Assembly: GCA_951406725.2 (NCBI GenBank)
Contig: OX597833.1
Location: 53,940,001-54,004,000, forward strand
From: Octopus vulgaris
Lineage: Eukaryota
Direction of reading: 5' to 3'
DNA length: 64,000 nucleotides
Part shown: positions 1 through 12,284 of the stretch, piece after piece
How positions within the stretch are numbered: position 1 is the stretch's first letter
Layout: each line of letters begins with the position of its first letter
Notes under the pieces: model-generated
Told to the model about the DNA's origin: nothing
Database searches by the model: none
The model's input: only the letters and a program-made list of their open reading frames with translations
Translations under genes and position numbers: made by a program

Positions 1-195
1 TGTGTGTTTGTGGTTATGTATGTATTTATGTGTGTGTGTTTGTGGCTATGTATGTATTTATATATGTGTGTGTGTGGTTATGTATTTATATATGTGTGTG
101 TGTGGTTATGTATTTATATATGTGTGTGTGTGGTTATGTATTTATATATGTGTGTGTGTGGCTATGTATGTATTTATATATATGTGTGTGTATGA
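1..195. repeat. TG/TA-rich minisatellite, ~28-30 bp unit (tgtgtgtgtggttatgtatttatata)
   Basis: Unit visibly repeated about 6 times. Confidence 0.85.
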
Positions 196-252
196 GTGTG
201 ATTTAACGAGCAATCTTCGAGAAAAACATGGGCATTGTAATATATAATATAT

Positions 253-285
<33 letters not shown>

Positions 286-549
286 CACAAATATATATAT
301 ATTATATACATAGTCTTCTCCACAGACGATCCTTCTTTCGCTAAAGAAACCAACAACGATATATAAAGAAAAATAAGAGAACAGACATATATACATATAT
401 AAATATAAATATACCTATATATACATATACATACATACATATATATGTATATATATATATATATATATAGATGCACAGATCTACACGAAGACAACATATA
501 TATACATCGATGGGTAGACGGAAAAAATAATATTTAAAAGACTACAAAC

Positions 550-619
550 CTGTACTGCATTGTAAAAAATAGCCCATCCTGGTCGGGCCTGATGGTCCGA
601 AATACTCCTCATGAGCCAT
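550..619 (-). CDS. NFI: Probable first coding exon, MAHEEYFGPSGPTRMGYFLQCST(G); resembles the N-terminus of invertebrate Nuclear factor I
   Basis: ATG at 619, 23 open codons in a non-repetitive, higher-GC island, then donor ACAG|GTTTGT at 550/549 (phase 1). RMGYFLQCSTG resembles the MGYYIExSSG segment I recall preceding DEFHPFIEALL in protostome NFI (recall, not a search). Confidence 0.42.
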
Positions 620-889
620 GCTATGGATATATTTATTTATATGTGTGTATATATGCGATTTCGGTGTATGTGTATTTTAGATATATTTTTTTTTTGTATG
701 TGTTTTGCTCCTGTTTTCTTTTTTTTTTCTTTCCTTTTTTAAAGGTTCCCCCCTTAAGGTTCCCCCTTTTTTTTTTAAAAATTGGTTTTTCCTTCAGGAG
801 ATTCGAATTTTTTTTCTCTTCTTCTCTTCTCCTCCTTTTAGTGTTTGGTAAGGTATGGTTCGCAGTTTTAGGTTTCCTCCAGACTTGAG

Positions 890-925
<36 letters not shown>

Positions 926-1734
926 GGGGACGATTTTTCAGGTTGAAGTTGAGGTTGAAATCCTTTTTTTTTCTTTGTAACCTTTTGTGGTGGGGGAGGT
1001 TTTTTTTTTGTTTTTTGTTGTTAAAGGGGACACACACAAAAAAAAAAAAGCACAGACAGAAATGGATAGAAAGAGAGAGAGAGAGATCAAGAAATTTGTT
1101 AAAAATAAATGGCCATAATCGTTATCTTGTTATGAGACTGCCATAGATCGGGAGAGAAGAGAAGACAAAAGTGAAGGATACGAACGAACTTCACAGATAT
1201 ATATATATATATATGTGTGTGTAGTGTGTGTATAGATGAGCTATATAATAAATGTGTGTACGTGATATATATACTATTGTGCATACATCATATATAGACA
1301 GATAGATAGATAGATAGATGGGTAGGTAAGATATGTGTAGTGTGGTGTGGTGTATATATATATGTATATATATGTCTATGTCTATGTCAGTATACAGTCC
1401 GTTCCTTGTAGATGAGATACATAGATTTCTTTTTTTTTCCTCTGGTGACTTTAAGCATTATAACAACCATTGTACTCTCAATACTCAGAATATGCAGTGG
1501 CCACCAGATAGTAATAGAGTCGAAGAAGGAGGAAAAAAAATAGTAGTGATAGTAATAATAATAATAATGATTATGATGATGATGATGGTGGTGGTGGTGG
1601 TTAAAAGAACTGAAAAGGATCGGTATAAGAGTCGACTGTATATGTATTTTTTTTCTTCTTTTTTTTTGAAACCAAACTGAGTGGGAGATTTAGGTGTCAG
1701 TTGGTTAGAGTTACTGTGGCTTTTTACAATGCAC

Positions 1735-2345
1735 CCCCTCTCTCTGTCTCTGTATGTCTCTGTATGTATCTTTCTCTTCCTCTCTCTGTCTCTGTATGTC
1801 TCTGTATGTATCTTTCTCTTCCTCTCTCTGTCTCTGTATGTCTCTGTATATTTCTCTCTTCCTCTCTCTGTCTCTGTATATTTCACTCTTCCTCTCTCTG
1901 TCTCTGTATGTCTGTGTATATTTCACTCTTCCTCAGTCTGTCTCTGTATATTTCACTCTTCCTCTCTCTGTCTCTGTATAAATCTCTCTCTTCCTCTCTC
2001 TGTCTCTGTATATAACCCTCTCTGTATATTTCTTTCTTCCTCTCTCTGTCTCTGTATATTTCTCTTTTCCTCTCTCTGTCTCTGTATATTTCTCTTTTCC
2101 TCTCTCTGTCTCTGTATATATCTCTCTCTTCCTCCCTCTATTTCTCTTTTCCTCTCTCTGTCTCTGTATATTTCTCTCTTCCTCTCTCTGTCTCTGTATA
2201 TCTCTCTCTTGCTCTCTCTCTCTGTCTTTGTATATTTCTCTCTTCCTCTCTCTGTCTCTGTATATCTCTCTATTCCTCTGTCTCTCTGTCTTTCTCTACC
2301 TTTTTCTCTATCTCTCTCCTCCCATCTTTCTCTCTGTCTCTGTCT
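1735..2345. repeat. Polypyrimidine minisatellite, ~30-38 bp unit (tctctgtctctgtatatttctctcttcc)
   Basis: Tandem CT-rich units; source of spurious ORFs. Confidence 0.9.
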
Positions 2346-2941
2346 ACCACTCTCTTCCTCTCCACTCGCTCTCACGTTATTTTACTCTCACTTTCCCTCC
2401 CTCGCAGGAGATGTAACACATCGAGAGAGAGAAAGACTATAGACAGATAGAGAGGACGTAATGAAGGGGAGGAAGGACAGGGGGCAGAGGAGTGAAATGG
2501 AGATAGAAAAAATACTTAAAATTAAGAACAGGTTTCTGAATAAAACCCAAAAGAGTTCTCCAGAAGCGATTACCTGCCCTTGCTTTATGCTTGTTGCCAC
2601 CAGGATTAAATTGCGTCGTGAGCTTCCGAAGGCGGAACTTTTGGATCTTCGACAAGTTTTTTTTTCTCTCCCCCACCACGATAATATTAGAAAGATTTTA
2701 AATACAGCAGTTTTTTTTTTTTTAATAATTTAAAAAAATTTTTGAGATCGGATTAATTTCATAATCTTGACTGTCAGCATTTATTAGGGGCAAACTTTTT
2801 TTTCGAATATTTAAAGTAATTTTTTTTTTAATGGTTATTAATTAATAAATTAATTTGTTGATGATTATGACTAATAGGAATAATCAAAGATTAAATTTGT
2901 GTATTTTCAAAATTTAGAGTTTGGAAAAAAAAAAATTACCT

Positions 2942-2955
2942 GTTGTCATGGAAAC
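2942..2955. promoter_or_regulatory. RFX X-box-like motif GTTGTCATGGAAAC
   Basis: Matches the X-box consensus GTHNYYATRRNAAC in non-repetitive sequence ~2.3 kb upstream of the 619 ATG. Confidence 0.4.
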
Positions 2956-3029
2956 AGTGGCCGTGTACATTTTTAAAGTTTGACTTATTGCCTCTGACTG
3001 CTATTTTTTTCTTTTTCTTTCAACTTTCA

Positions 3030-3226
3030 TCTTTTGTCTGTTTCAGCAATTGAACTGCGGCCATGCTGGGGCACCACCTTGAAGAGTCTAGCTGAACAAA
3101 TCAACACTACTTATTTTAGGCCCAGCACTTATTCTGTTAGTCTGCTTTTGCTAAACTGATTAAGTTACAGGGATGTAAGCAAACCAACACCCGTTGTCAA
3201 GTGGCTGATGGGCAACAAATACAAAT

Positions 3227-3258
<32 letters not shown>

Positions 3259-3412
3259 GCATGGTTGTGTGGTAAGAAGCTTCTCAACCGCTTGGTTCTG
3301 GGTTCAGTCCCACTGCATGGCACCTTGGGCAAGTATCTTCTACTGTAGCGTCAGGCCAACCAATGCCTTGTGAGTGGATTTGATAGACGGAAACTGAAAG
3401 AAGCCCGTCAGA
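3030..3412. mobile_element. SINE family A fragments (3' half on minus, tRNA-like head on plus)
   Basis: Similar to the full copies at 23889 and 29664. Confidence 0.75.
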
Positions 3413-3433
3413 TATATATATATACATACATAC

Positions 3434-3750
3434 ATACATATATATATATATATCACCGTGACCAACCAGGCTATCAGATGTTGCTACACATCGCTGATCA
3501 CAATGCGCTTCGCATTGTTTTAGCCTTCAAATGACGCCACCCCGCTGGCTAAGCGAGCAGGCCAACAGATGAAAGAGTGAGAGAAAGTTGTGGAGATAGA
3601 GTACAGCAGGGATCACCACCCCCTGCCGGAGCCTCATGGAGCTGTTACGTGTTTTCGCTCAATAAACACTCTCAACGCCAGTCTGAGAATCGAAACCACG
3701 ATCCTACGACCGCGAGTTCGCTGACCTAACCATTGGGCCATTGCGCCTCC
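3434..3750 (-). mobile_element. tRNA-derived SINE, family C
   Basis: Minus strand begins ggaggcgcaatggcccaatggttagg (A box) with gtttcgattc B box; tail shared with 47277-47445; flanked by (TA)n. Confidence 0.8.
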
Positions 3751-3837
3751 ATATATATATATCACTTTGATCACTTTGACCGACCAGTCCGTCAGGCATC
3801 CATTTATATATATATATGTATATATATAAATATATAT

Positions 3838-4060
3838 CATCATCATCATCATCGTTTAACATCCGTTCTCCATGCTAGCATGGGTTGGACGGTTCGACCG
3901 GGGATCTGGGAAGCCAGAAGGCTGCACCAGGCTCCAGTCATATCTGGCAATGTTTCTACAGCTGGATGCCCTTCCTAACGCCAACCACTCCGTGAGTGTA
4001 GTGGGTGCTTTTTACGTGCCACCTGCACAGGTGCCAGGCGAGGCTGGCATCGGCCACGAT
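3838..4060 (-). mobile_element. SINE-like family D (ggttggcgttaggaagggcatccagc core, (ATG)n tail)
   Basis: Same sequence recurs at 18670, 21930, 29265, 46815, 52436, 55010. Confidence 0.8.
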
Positions 4061-4099
4061 TACCAGTCCAGGGGTCCTGGCATCTGCCGGGTGCCAGTC

Positions 4100-5881
4100 A
4101 TAGGATTGGTTCAATTTTGATTCCGATTTCGATTTCACTTGCCCCAACAGGTCTTTGCAAGCAAAGGGGGTTGGCATGGGTGCCTGTCGTCGGATGAGGT
4201 TTGATATCGACTTCGCTTGCCTCAACAGGTCTATGTGTGTCCAAGGGAGGAAAGGCATGCATAAGTGGGCTGGACTCACTTATCCTGCCTGGTCTTCTCA
4301 CGTACAGCATATTTCCAAAGGTCTCGGTCGGTGGTCATTTCCTCAGTGAGGCCTAAAGTTCGAAGGTCGTGCTTCACCACCTCGTCCCAGGTTTTCCTGG
4401 GTCTACCACTTCCATGGGTTCCCTCAACTGCTAGGGATTGGCACTTTTTCACACACCTATCTTCATCCATTCTCGCCACATGACCATACCAGCGCAATCG
4501 TCTCTCTTGCACACCACAACTGATGCTTATTAGGTCCAACATTTCTCTCAAGGTACTAACGCTCTGTTGAGTATGCACACTGACATTACACATCCATCGG
4601 AGAATACTGGCTTCATTCCTCGCGAGCTTACACATGTCCTCAGCAGTCACGGCCCATGTTTCACTGCCATGTAGCATGGCTGTTCGTACACATGCATCAT
4701 ACAGTCTGCCTTTTACTCTGAGCAAGAGGCCTTTAGTCACCAGCAGAGATAAGAGATCCCTAAACTTTGCCCAGGCTATTCTTACTCTAGCAGTTACACT
4801 TTCAACGCACCCACCCCCACTACTGACTTGGTCACCTAGATAACGGAAGCTATCAACTACTTCTAGTTTTTCCCCCTGGAAAGTGACAGAAATTGTTTTC
4901 TGCAGATTTTCAGAGTTTAATGCTCCCGAGCATCTGCCACATACAAAAACTATCTTCCCATTTAGCCTTCCTTTGACATTGCTGCATCTCTTATGTGTCC
5001 ATAGCTTACACTGGGTACATCTTATAGAGTTTCTACCTACACCTTTTCTACAGATCGAGCAGGGCCATCTTCCTGAAGACATTTGTGGATTGTCTACCTG
5101 CCTACTTATTAGTACTTTGGTTTTAGCTAGGTTGACTCTAAGGCCTCTCGATTCTAAACCCTCCTTCCACACCTGGAACTTCTCCTCCAGTTCTGATAGT
5201 GACTCAGCAATTAGAGCAAGGTCGTCAGCATAGAGGAGCCCCCAGGGGCAACCTGTCTTGAATTCTTCTGTTTACATGTTGCCAACCCGAACCTTACTTA
5301 CGGCATCCCTGTACATGGCTTGCACAGCCCTCACCAGTCATTCATCTATCCCTAGTTTCCTCATTGACCACCAGATAAGGGATCAGGGGGGCCCTGTCAA
5401 AGGCTTTCTCCATGTCAACGAAAGCCAGGTACAGGGGCTTATCTTTAACTAGGTATTTTTCCTGCAGCTGTCTCACCAGAAATATGGCATCAGTGGTGTT
5501 TTTCCCTGGCATGAAACCAAACTGCATCTCGTCCAAGTTGAGTCTCTCCCTAATCAGTTGGGCTATGACCCTCTCTGTAACCTTCATTACCTGATCCAAC
5601 AGCTTGATACCTCTGTAATTATTTGTATCTAGGGCATCACCTTTACCTTTGTAGCCGTTGACTAGTACGCTGCTACACCAGTCATTGGGTATGACTCCTT
5701 CGTGTATCACCTGGTTAACTATACGGGTGACTAGGTTATAGCCGACACTGCCAGATATTTTGAGCATCTCGGCAGTAATTCCTGATGGGCCTGGGGCTTT
5801 TCCTGTCTTCATGCTTCTAATTGCTTTAACTACCAAAGAATTGTCAACTCGGATGGCTGGTCCCTCTGTTGGGTTGACATT

Positions 5882-5885
<4 letters not shown>
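4100..5885 (-). mobile_element. 5'-truncated RTE-clade LINE, disrupted reverse transcriptase with embedded PHD-type finger
   Basis: ORFs 5342-5953 ([29 protein letters not shown]) and 4276-5172 (FRYLG, RRLRWYGHVARM, GRPRKTW); YADD at ~5221-5232; frameshifts and an internal deletion between the ORFs. Confidence 0.95.
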
Positions 5886-5950
<65 letters not shown>

Positions 5951-5962
5951 CATATATACATA

Positions 5963-6003
<41 letters not shown>

Positions 6004-6005
<2 letters not shown>

Positions 6006-6358
6006 TTGAGCTTTGGTGTTGGAGAAGACTTTTGCGGATTCCATGGACAGCGAGGCTCACCAATGGAGAAGTTCTGAAGCAGATAAGGCCAAAAATGTCA
6101 TTAGAAGCTGGGATCACCAAGCGTAGATTGGCACATTTCGGTCACATTATGCGGAGAAAATCGCTGGAGAAGGACATCATGCTCGAAATGGTCAGTGGCA
6201 AGAGAGGAAGAGGCTGACCAAGAACCCGCTGGCTTGACACCATCAGGAGTGATACCGGAATGGACATGGCCAGTCTGAAGAAAGCGGCCCAGGATAGAAC
6301 TGATTGGAGGACACTGATCCAACGAGTGACTGAGAGTCGACTTTGACTAAGCGGATAG
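6004..6358 (+). mobile_element. RTE/BovB-like LINE 3' fragment
   Basis: [17 protein letters not shown]...FGHIMRR...GKRGRG*PRTRWLD; in-frame stop; flanked by (TA)n. Confidence 0.9.
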
Positions 6359-6373
6359 AGAGAGATATATATG

Positions 6374-6457
<84 letters not shown>

Positions 6458-6844
6458 AATGTATATATTTTTCTGTATATTGCAAGCTGGAGCAGATTGC
6501 TGCTATTTCTAGCAGATGGGTGTTCACCCTTGAGGACGAGCACAAATAGCTCAAAACCATATTGTTTGATGGTCCCATCGTCTGCAAGAAGATGCCAGCG
6601 ATCTTCTCCCCTGCTTGCAATATATATCAGATGCAGATTGCATTGACAGCCAGCTGGGGGAGGTTCCTCCTGGGTTAAATCATTGACAAGACTGTGAAAG
6701 GCACTTGGCCAAATGGTTAGGTTGTTTGGATCATGATCATAAAATCATGGGCTCAATTTGTGAACCAGATAATACATTGTATCCTCAAGCAAAGAACAGC
6801 TGGATGCCCTTCCTAATGCCAACCACTCCATGAGTGTAGTATAT

Positions 6845-7233
6845 ACTCTCTTTACTCTTTTAATCTTTTACTTGTTTCAGTCATTTGACTGCGGCCATGC
6901 TGGAGCACCGCCTTTAGCTGAGAAAATCGACCCCGGGACTTATTCTTTGTAAGCCCAGTACTTATTCTCTCAGACTCTTTTGCCGAACCGCTAAGTGACG
7001 GGGACGTAAACACACCAGCATCAGTTGTCAAGCAATGCTAGGGGGACAAACACAGACACACAAACACACACATACATATATACAACAGGCTTCTTTCAGT
7101 TTCCGTCTACCAAATCTACTCACAAGGCATTGGTCGGCCTGGGCCTATAGCAGAAGACACTTGCCCAAGATGCCATGCAGTGGGACTGAACCCGGAACCA
7201 TGTGGTTGGTTAGCAAGCTACTTACCACACAGC
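6845..7233 (-). mobile_element. SINE family A (tRNA head, internal microsatellite, (gagtaaaa)n tail)
   Basis: A box tggctgtgtgg and B box ggttcagtccc on minus; high identity to other copies. Confidence 0.9.
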
Positions 7234-8456
7234 CAAAAATATTAACTGTTATGGTCTTTTATTTATTTGTTACAATGTAGGAAGCAACTTCTTCAAATTG
7301 TTGTTGTACACAGATTATTTTTAGCTCTATTGTACATCTCATAGGAAGTTAAATTCATCTTCTGTTGACTGCTAGAAGATTTATGTAAAAAGGAGGGAGA
7401 GAAAAAGTAAAAGAATTTACCTCTGTGTTGACAGGTAGAGGAAGGGAAATATGTGTTGTCACACAGTGACAAGCCATAAGTGAAAGCAGAAAAATAGACG
7501 TGTGCTCTTTGGGGCTGGCACACAGTGAAAGAGGTACAAAAGAGAATCTGGGTTCTGTATTTATATTTTTTCTTACTAAATTAGATGAAGCTAAACAAAG
7601 GACTTTCCATTTCCTATCTGCTTTAAGGTTACAAGTGAATTGATTTACATAAATTTTCTTAGCACAAAAGCCAAGAACAATAGGAAAGAATACAGTTCTA
7701 TATTTAAGAGATGAAGAATTATGTACCAGTTGCATACTGGGGTCAATGTAACTGACCATCTCCTTCCCCCAAATTTCAGGCTTTGTGCCTATAGTGGTAC
7801 AGATTTTTATTGTCATGAGTATTGCTGTTGTCATCACAGAGATTGTCATCATTAGACAGCACTTCTATGTGCTTCCTTGACCTGCTAGAAATAGCAGCCT
7901 AATCATTTTCAATCCATAGCTATCATCTCACATTAGAAAAGGTCACATTAGATCAGTGAATCTCAGCCCTTTTTTTTTTTTTTTCTTGTAGCAGCCCTTT
8001 TTAAGCAGTTGTTATGCCTGGCACCCACCTAAGTGATGTCTCAGGTATCACGACTATACTAGCTTAACATCTTTTTTCTGCCTTCATCTGCTGGTATCCT
8101 TCATAAATGTTTAATCATTCTCGAAGGCTTCGTTGCTTCATTTGAGAACGTTTTTTTTCACATATTAAACACAGTAACAGTTGCTCATTATTTATAGATG
8201 GAATAAATCCATATTTCAAATATTCACACGAGTATTGACTATACTTTATTTTTTCCCCACACATTCTAAATTTTTAAAAAGGTAACATACACAACAATTG
8301 TGTATATATAATTACATCACTATACAAAATATGATGGAGATTGCAATATACAAAGGAAATAAGCAAAATTGCACACCTGGAAAACACCAATCAAGACAGA
8401 AATATAACATTAAAGATGAATTACTCTTGTTCAAACACGTTTTTATCTATAATATA

Positions 8457-8858
8457 TACTCTTTACTCTCTTTTACTCTTTTACTTGTTTCAGTCATTTG
8501 ACTGCAGCCATGCTGGAGCACCGCCTTTAGTCGAGCAAATCGACCCCAGGACTTATTCTTTGTAAGCCCAGTACTTATCCTATCGGTCTCTTTTGCCGAA
8601 CCGCTAAGTGACGGGGACGTAAACACACCAGCATCGGTTGTCAAGCAATGCTAGGGGGACAAACACAGACACACACACTTATATATATATATATACGACA
8701 GGCTTCTTTCAGTTTCCGTCTACCAAATCCACTCACAAGGCATTGGTCGGCCCGGGGCTATAGTAGAAGACACTTGCCCAAGATGCCATGCAGTGGGACT
8801 GAACCCGGAACCATGTGGTTGGTTAGCAAGCTACTTACCACACAGCCCCTCCTGTGCC
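8457..8858 (-). mobile_element. SINE family A, full length
   Basis: Same structure as 6845-7233. Confidence 0.9.
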
Positions 8859-9285
8859 TATATTTATCTCTCATTTTATTTTTATAGCCATAACTAGTTT
8901 TATCATGTATAATATGATTACTACAATAGGTAAAATTTAATATGTTGATTGCGTTACTTCATTGTCTCCTCATCATCCCTGAAAGTCTAATTCTACCTTT
9001 GACATGCCCAGTGCCCCCACCCCCTGGGGGCAACACCACCTGATTTAGATACTGTGTAGTGTGATGGATGAAGAGGACAACAGAAGGAGAAGGGGAAAGA
9101 AATACAAACAGGCCTTACCTCGGCGATGATCAGAGGTCTCTTACAAATTCGACACCTCCTGTCGCTTCCTCGTCTATGCTCGAACTGCCCGCTTCCTCGA
9201 TCACCACACATGCGTCCCGCTTGACCGCTTCCGCTTCCCCCCGGCACATGCGCCCTCCAGTCTTCCACCGGCCCCTGCAAGCCCT

Positions 9286-9535
9286 CATCATCATCATCAT
9301 TGTTTGACCGTGGTCGAGACAATGGAATTTACCATGCTACGCCAGACTTCACGGTCCATCATAGCATTACAGAGGTCCTGTTGCTGGATGCCTGTATCCC
9401 TGGAGATTACATCAGGGTTGGAGAGTGTGCGCCCTCTGGTATTGCGAGCAGATGGCTTCCAGAGGAGAAGAGTAGAAATTGCCTCGTTTTCAGCTCTACA
9501 ACAATGTCCAGCAAACTGGACTCTCCTACCTACTT
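9286..9535 (-). mobile_element. RTE-like LINE 3' end with (TGA)n tail
   Basis: RRVQFAGHCCRAENE...LLLWKP...AMMDREVWR. Confidence 0.8.
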
Positions 9536-9629
9536 CTGCCCACCTCATTTGTCGTCCTCTCCACCGACACCACAAGCTCCCATAACACCGACTGCCAACA
9601 TCACATACTGAAATCCTACATATCCACTG

Positions 9630-9860
9630 TGAAGGCATATGGTTTAGTGATCAGGGTATTCACCTCACGATTGTAAGGGCATGAGTTCAATCCCCAGAAA
9701 CGTGCTGTGTCCTTGAGCAAGACATTTTATTTCCTGTTGCTCCAGACCACTCAGCTGGCGAAAATGAGTAGTACCCTATAGTTCAAAGGGGCCAGCCTTG
9801 TCACATTCTGTGTCATGCTGAATCTCCCTGAGAACTACATTAAGGGTACATGTATCTATG
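9630..9860 (+). mobile_element. SINE family C-related, degenerate
   Basis: tRNA-like head plus ccttgagcaagac and cactcagctggc...aaaatgagta. Confidence 0.7.
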
Positions 9861-10199
9861 AGGTTGTTTGACCAGCTAGAATTAGCCACCAGATTTATTT
9901 CAGATCACTTCCTACTATCTGAAAAGAGAAGGACATGCTGGGTAAAATGGTTCTTTGTTTGCAGTACTTAGGAAAGAGACTATGATGGTCACAGCTGCAA
10001 TGGTTTCAATTTAAGGATGACCTAGAACTTAACAATTCACCACAAGGCCCAGTTCTTGTGGTCTGGTGGTTTGTGTGTCTCAATACACAATGATGAGAGC
10101 TATGCAAGCAGAGTATAAGATCCTGGTATGGGCCTCCCATGTTGGACAGATAAAAAGATATAGGCCAGACTAATATGGAATGCCTCTTCCCAGAGGTAA

Positions 10200-10443
10200 A
10201 AATGGGTTTGTATAGGGCCAACACCCCTCTCTAGGTAAAAAGCAAAGTTACAGAAGCATAGAGGACAATTCAAAACTAACAACACCTGGAAAAGGACAGC
10301 CTTCCCCCCAGGAAACATGATGCATTGAAGCAAATTCCAAACGGAAAAACAGGGATCCAGCTGGAGAGAAGATAGTCCAGAATTAAGAATGCTGGAGAAA
10401 TGTTGTCAATGGCCTATGCTCCACAAGGAGTGAAGGGCTTAGG
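10200..10443 (+). mobile_element. Degenerate RTE LINE 3' end
   Basis: ...ECWRNVVNGLCSTRSEGL-type C-terminus with frameshifts. Confidence 0.55.
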
Positions 10444-10455
10444 TAAACACTAAAC

Positions 10456-11104
10456 CAGGCCTGGCCAACTCAAATTACATTGCGGGCCACTTTAATCACA
10501 GAAAGTTTTTTGAGGGCCGCTTGTATACTTTATGCACTAATAGTTAAATAGTCGTAAAGTATACTAGCCATCTCAATATGGCTAACCACTAGGGGTGGGT
10601 GTTACTGTAGCTTTTTAGCCCCAGGAGATCATCGTCTCCAGCTGGCTTTAGACACAATTCCTGTGCTCTTATGATATTTGCAAAGGGATTACAGAATCAA
10701 GATTTTCTATACTTTTCGTTTGTTTAAAATTATAAGATTGTAGGTTATTGTTTTATTGCCAGTTATAAGTTTTAAAAGATAGCAAAAAAGATGTTCAGTT
10801 AATACTTGCAAAGTACATTTGTGTGCTATGAGAATAGAGCACTGCTGACCCAATTGAAAGCATTTTGCTTTCTCATGCTGTTATTACAATAATGAATGAA
10901 TGATCATTGGTTCAACATGAAATTTTATACTTGCAAAAACAGTTGCATCTTTCTTTTTCACTTTTCATTACAATCTTTAATTTTCAATAAAATTTTTAAA
11001 ATGTCTGTTTAAATAAACCTATTTCAAGAAAGTATCAAGCAGGCCCCAAGATAAAAGTTTGCAGGCTGCATGCATCCTGGCAGGTCTCAGGTTGGCTAAC
11101 CCTG
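10456..11104. mobile_element. hAT-type MITE
   Basis: Imperfect TIRs CAGGCCTGGCCAAC / GTTGGCTAACCCTG; 8-bp TSD CACTAAAC (10448-10455; 11368-11375 beyond a later SINE insertion). Confidence 0.8.
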
Positions 11105-11111
11105 CACTAAA

Positions 11112-11360
11112 AAAATAAATAAATGCGCCCTTTTAAAGCCTAGCCAGGCTCATGGGCCTGATTTCCCGGTTTCTATGGCGTATGTGTTCCCTAGCTGGAC
11201 AGGACGCCAGTCCATCACAGCGTTACTCATTTTTGCCAGCTGAGTGGACTGGAGCAATGTGAAATGAAGTGTTTTGCTCAAGAACACAATACATCACCCA
11301 GTCCAGGAATCGAAACCACAATCTTACGATCACCCTAACCACTAAGCCACACGCCTTCAC
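11112..11360 (-). mobile_element. SINE family C with 14-bp TSD
   Basis: aaccctgcactaaa at 11098-11111 and 11361-11374. Confidence 0.85.
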
Positions 11361-11539
11361 AACCCTGCACTAAACAATAGCAAATTCTTTTAATCTTTTA
11401 ATCCAATCAACATCCATGCAGCAACACTTCTTTCAAGGATTTTAGTTGGTTATATTGATCCCAACACATTTTTCAGTTTGGTACTTATTGTATTGATCTC
11501 TATTTATTGAACAGCTAAGTTATTCCTATTAGATTTTTT

Positions 11540-12000
11540 TTTCAATTCAATTCAATTTTTATTGGCTCAAAAAGCAAAAGCAATGCCATGTAGGGGGACA
11601 TGGAGTTATGTACAGGGAGGGTGATCATACAAAGAGTTCAGGCCATTTCTGGTCAAGAGGGACTTTGAACCGAGTGGTCATCGGCATCTTCACTATCTCG
11701 TCCGGCAGCTTATTCCACGGATCTGCAACCCGGACGGAGAAAGCCCCTCTCCTTCGATTGAGATGAAATCATCGTAGATAGAGCTTTTCGGAGTGAACCT
11801 GCAGCCGACGCTCTGGAGCAGGAGTGAAGAACAGCTCTTTCAAGAGGTTACACTTTCCGCTTATGATGTTGTGAGCGAGAATGAGATCACCACGGCAGCG
11901 TCGTTTTTCAAGAGAATAAAGGTCGAGCGTCTTCAGCCCTTCTTCATAAGACAAATGCTTGAGACCAAGAACCATGCAGGTAGCCAGCTTCTGGACTCTA
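11540..12000 (-). mobile_element. CR1-like LINE 3' fragment
   Basis: GLKHLSYEEGLKTLDLYSLEKRRCRGDLI...FSVRVADPWNKLP; short (ttcaa)n tail. Confidence 0.85.
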
Positions 12001-12284
12001 GATGTAAAGGAATGTAAATTGGTGCAGCCATTTAAACCAGTTTACATGGACATACATACATACATGAATCAATGAAGGAATCACAATATGGTTGCATGAT
12101 TTGTTAGAAATAGCAGCTAAATTTCCCTTAAATTGCACCAGCCATCTTAGAAATGGATTCATTGGATAATATAGTCTTGGATTTCTTTTACATGAAAAAA
12201 AAAAGAAACATATAGGTCACAGATGGTTTGTCTTTGATTATAGGTCTGCTCAATATTGACAAAAGTGGGGTTAAACAATGCTTT

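Noticed and set aside
1681-2442. 253-aa ORF
   Set aside because: Entirely a CT-rich minisatellite
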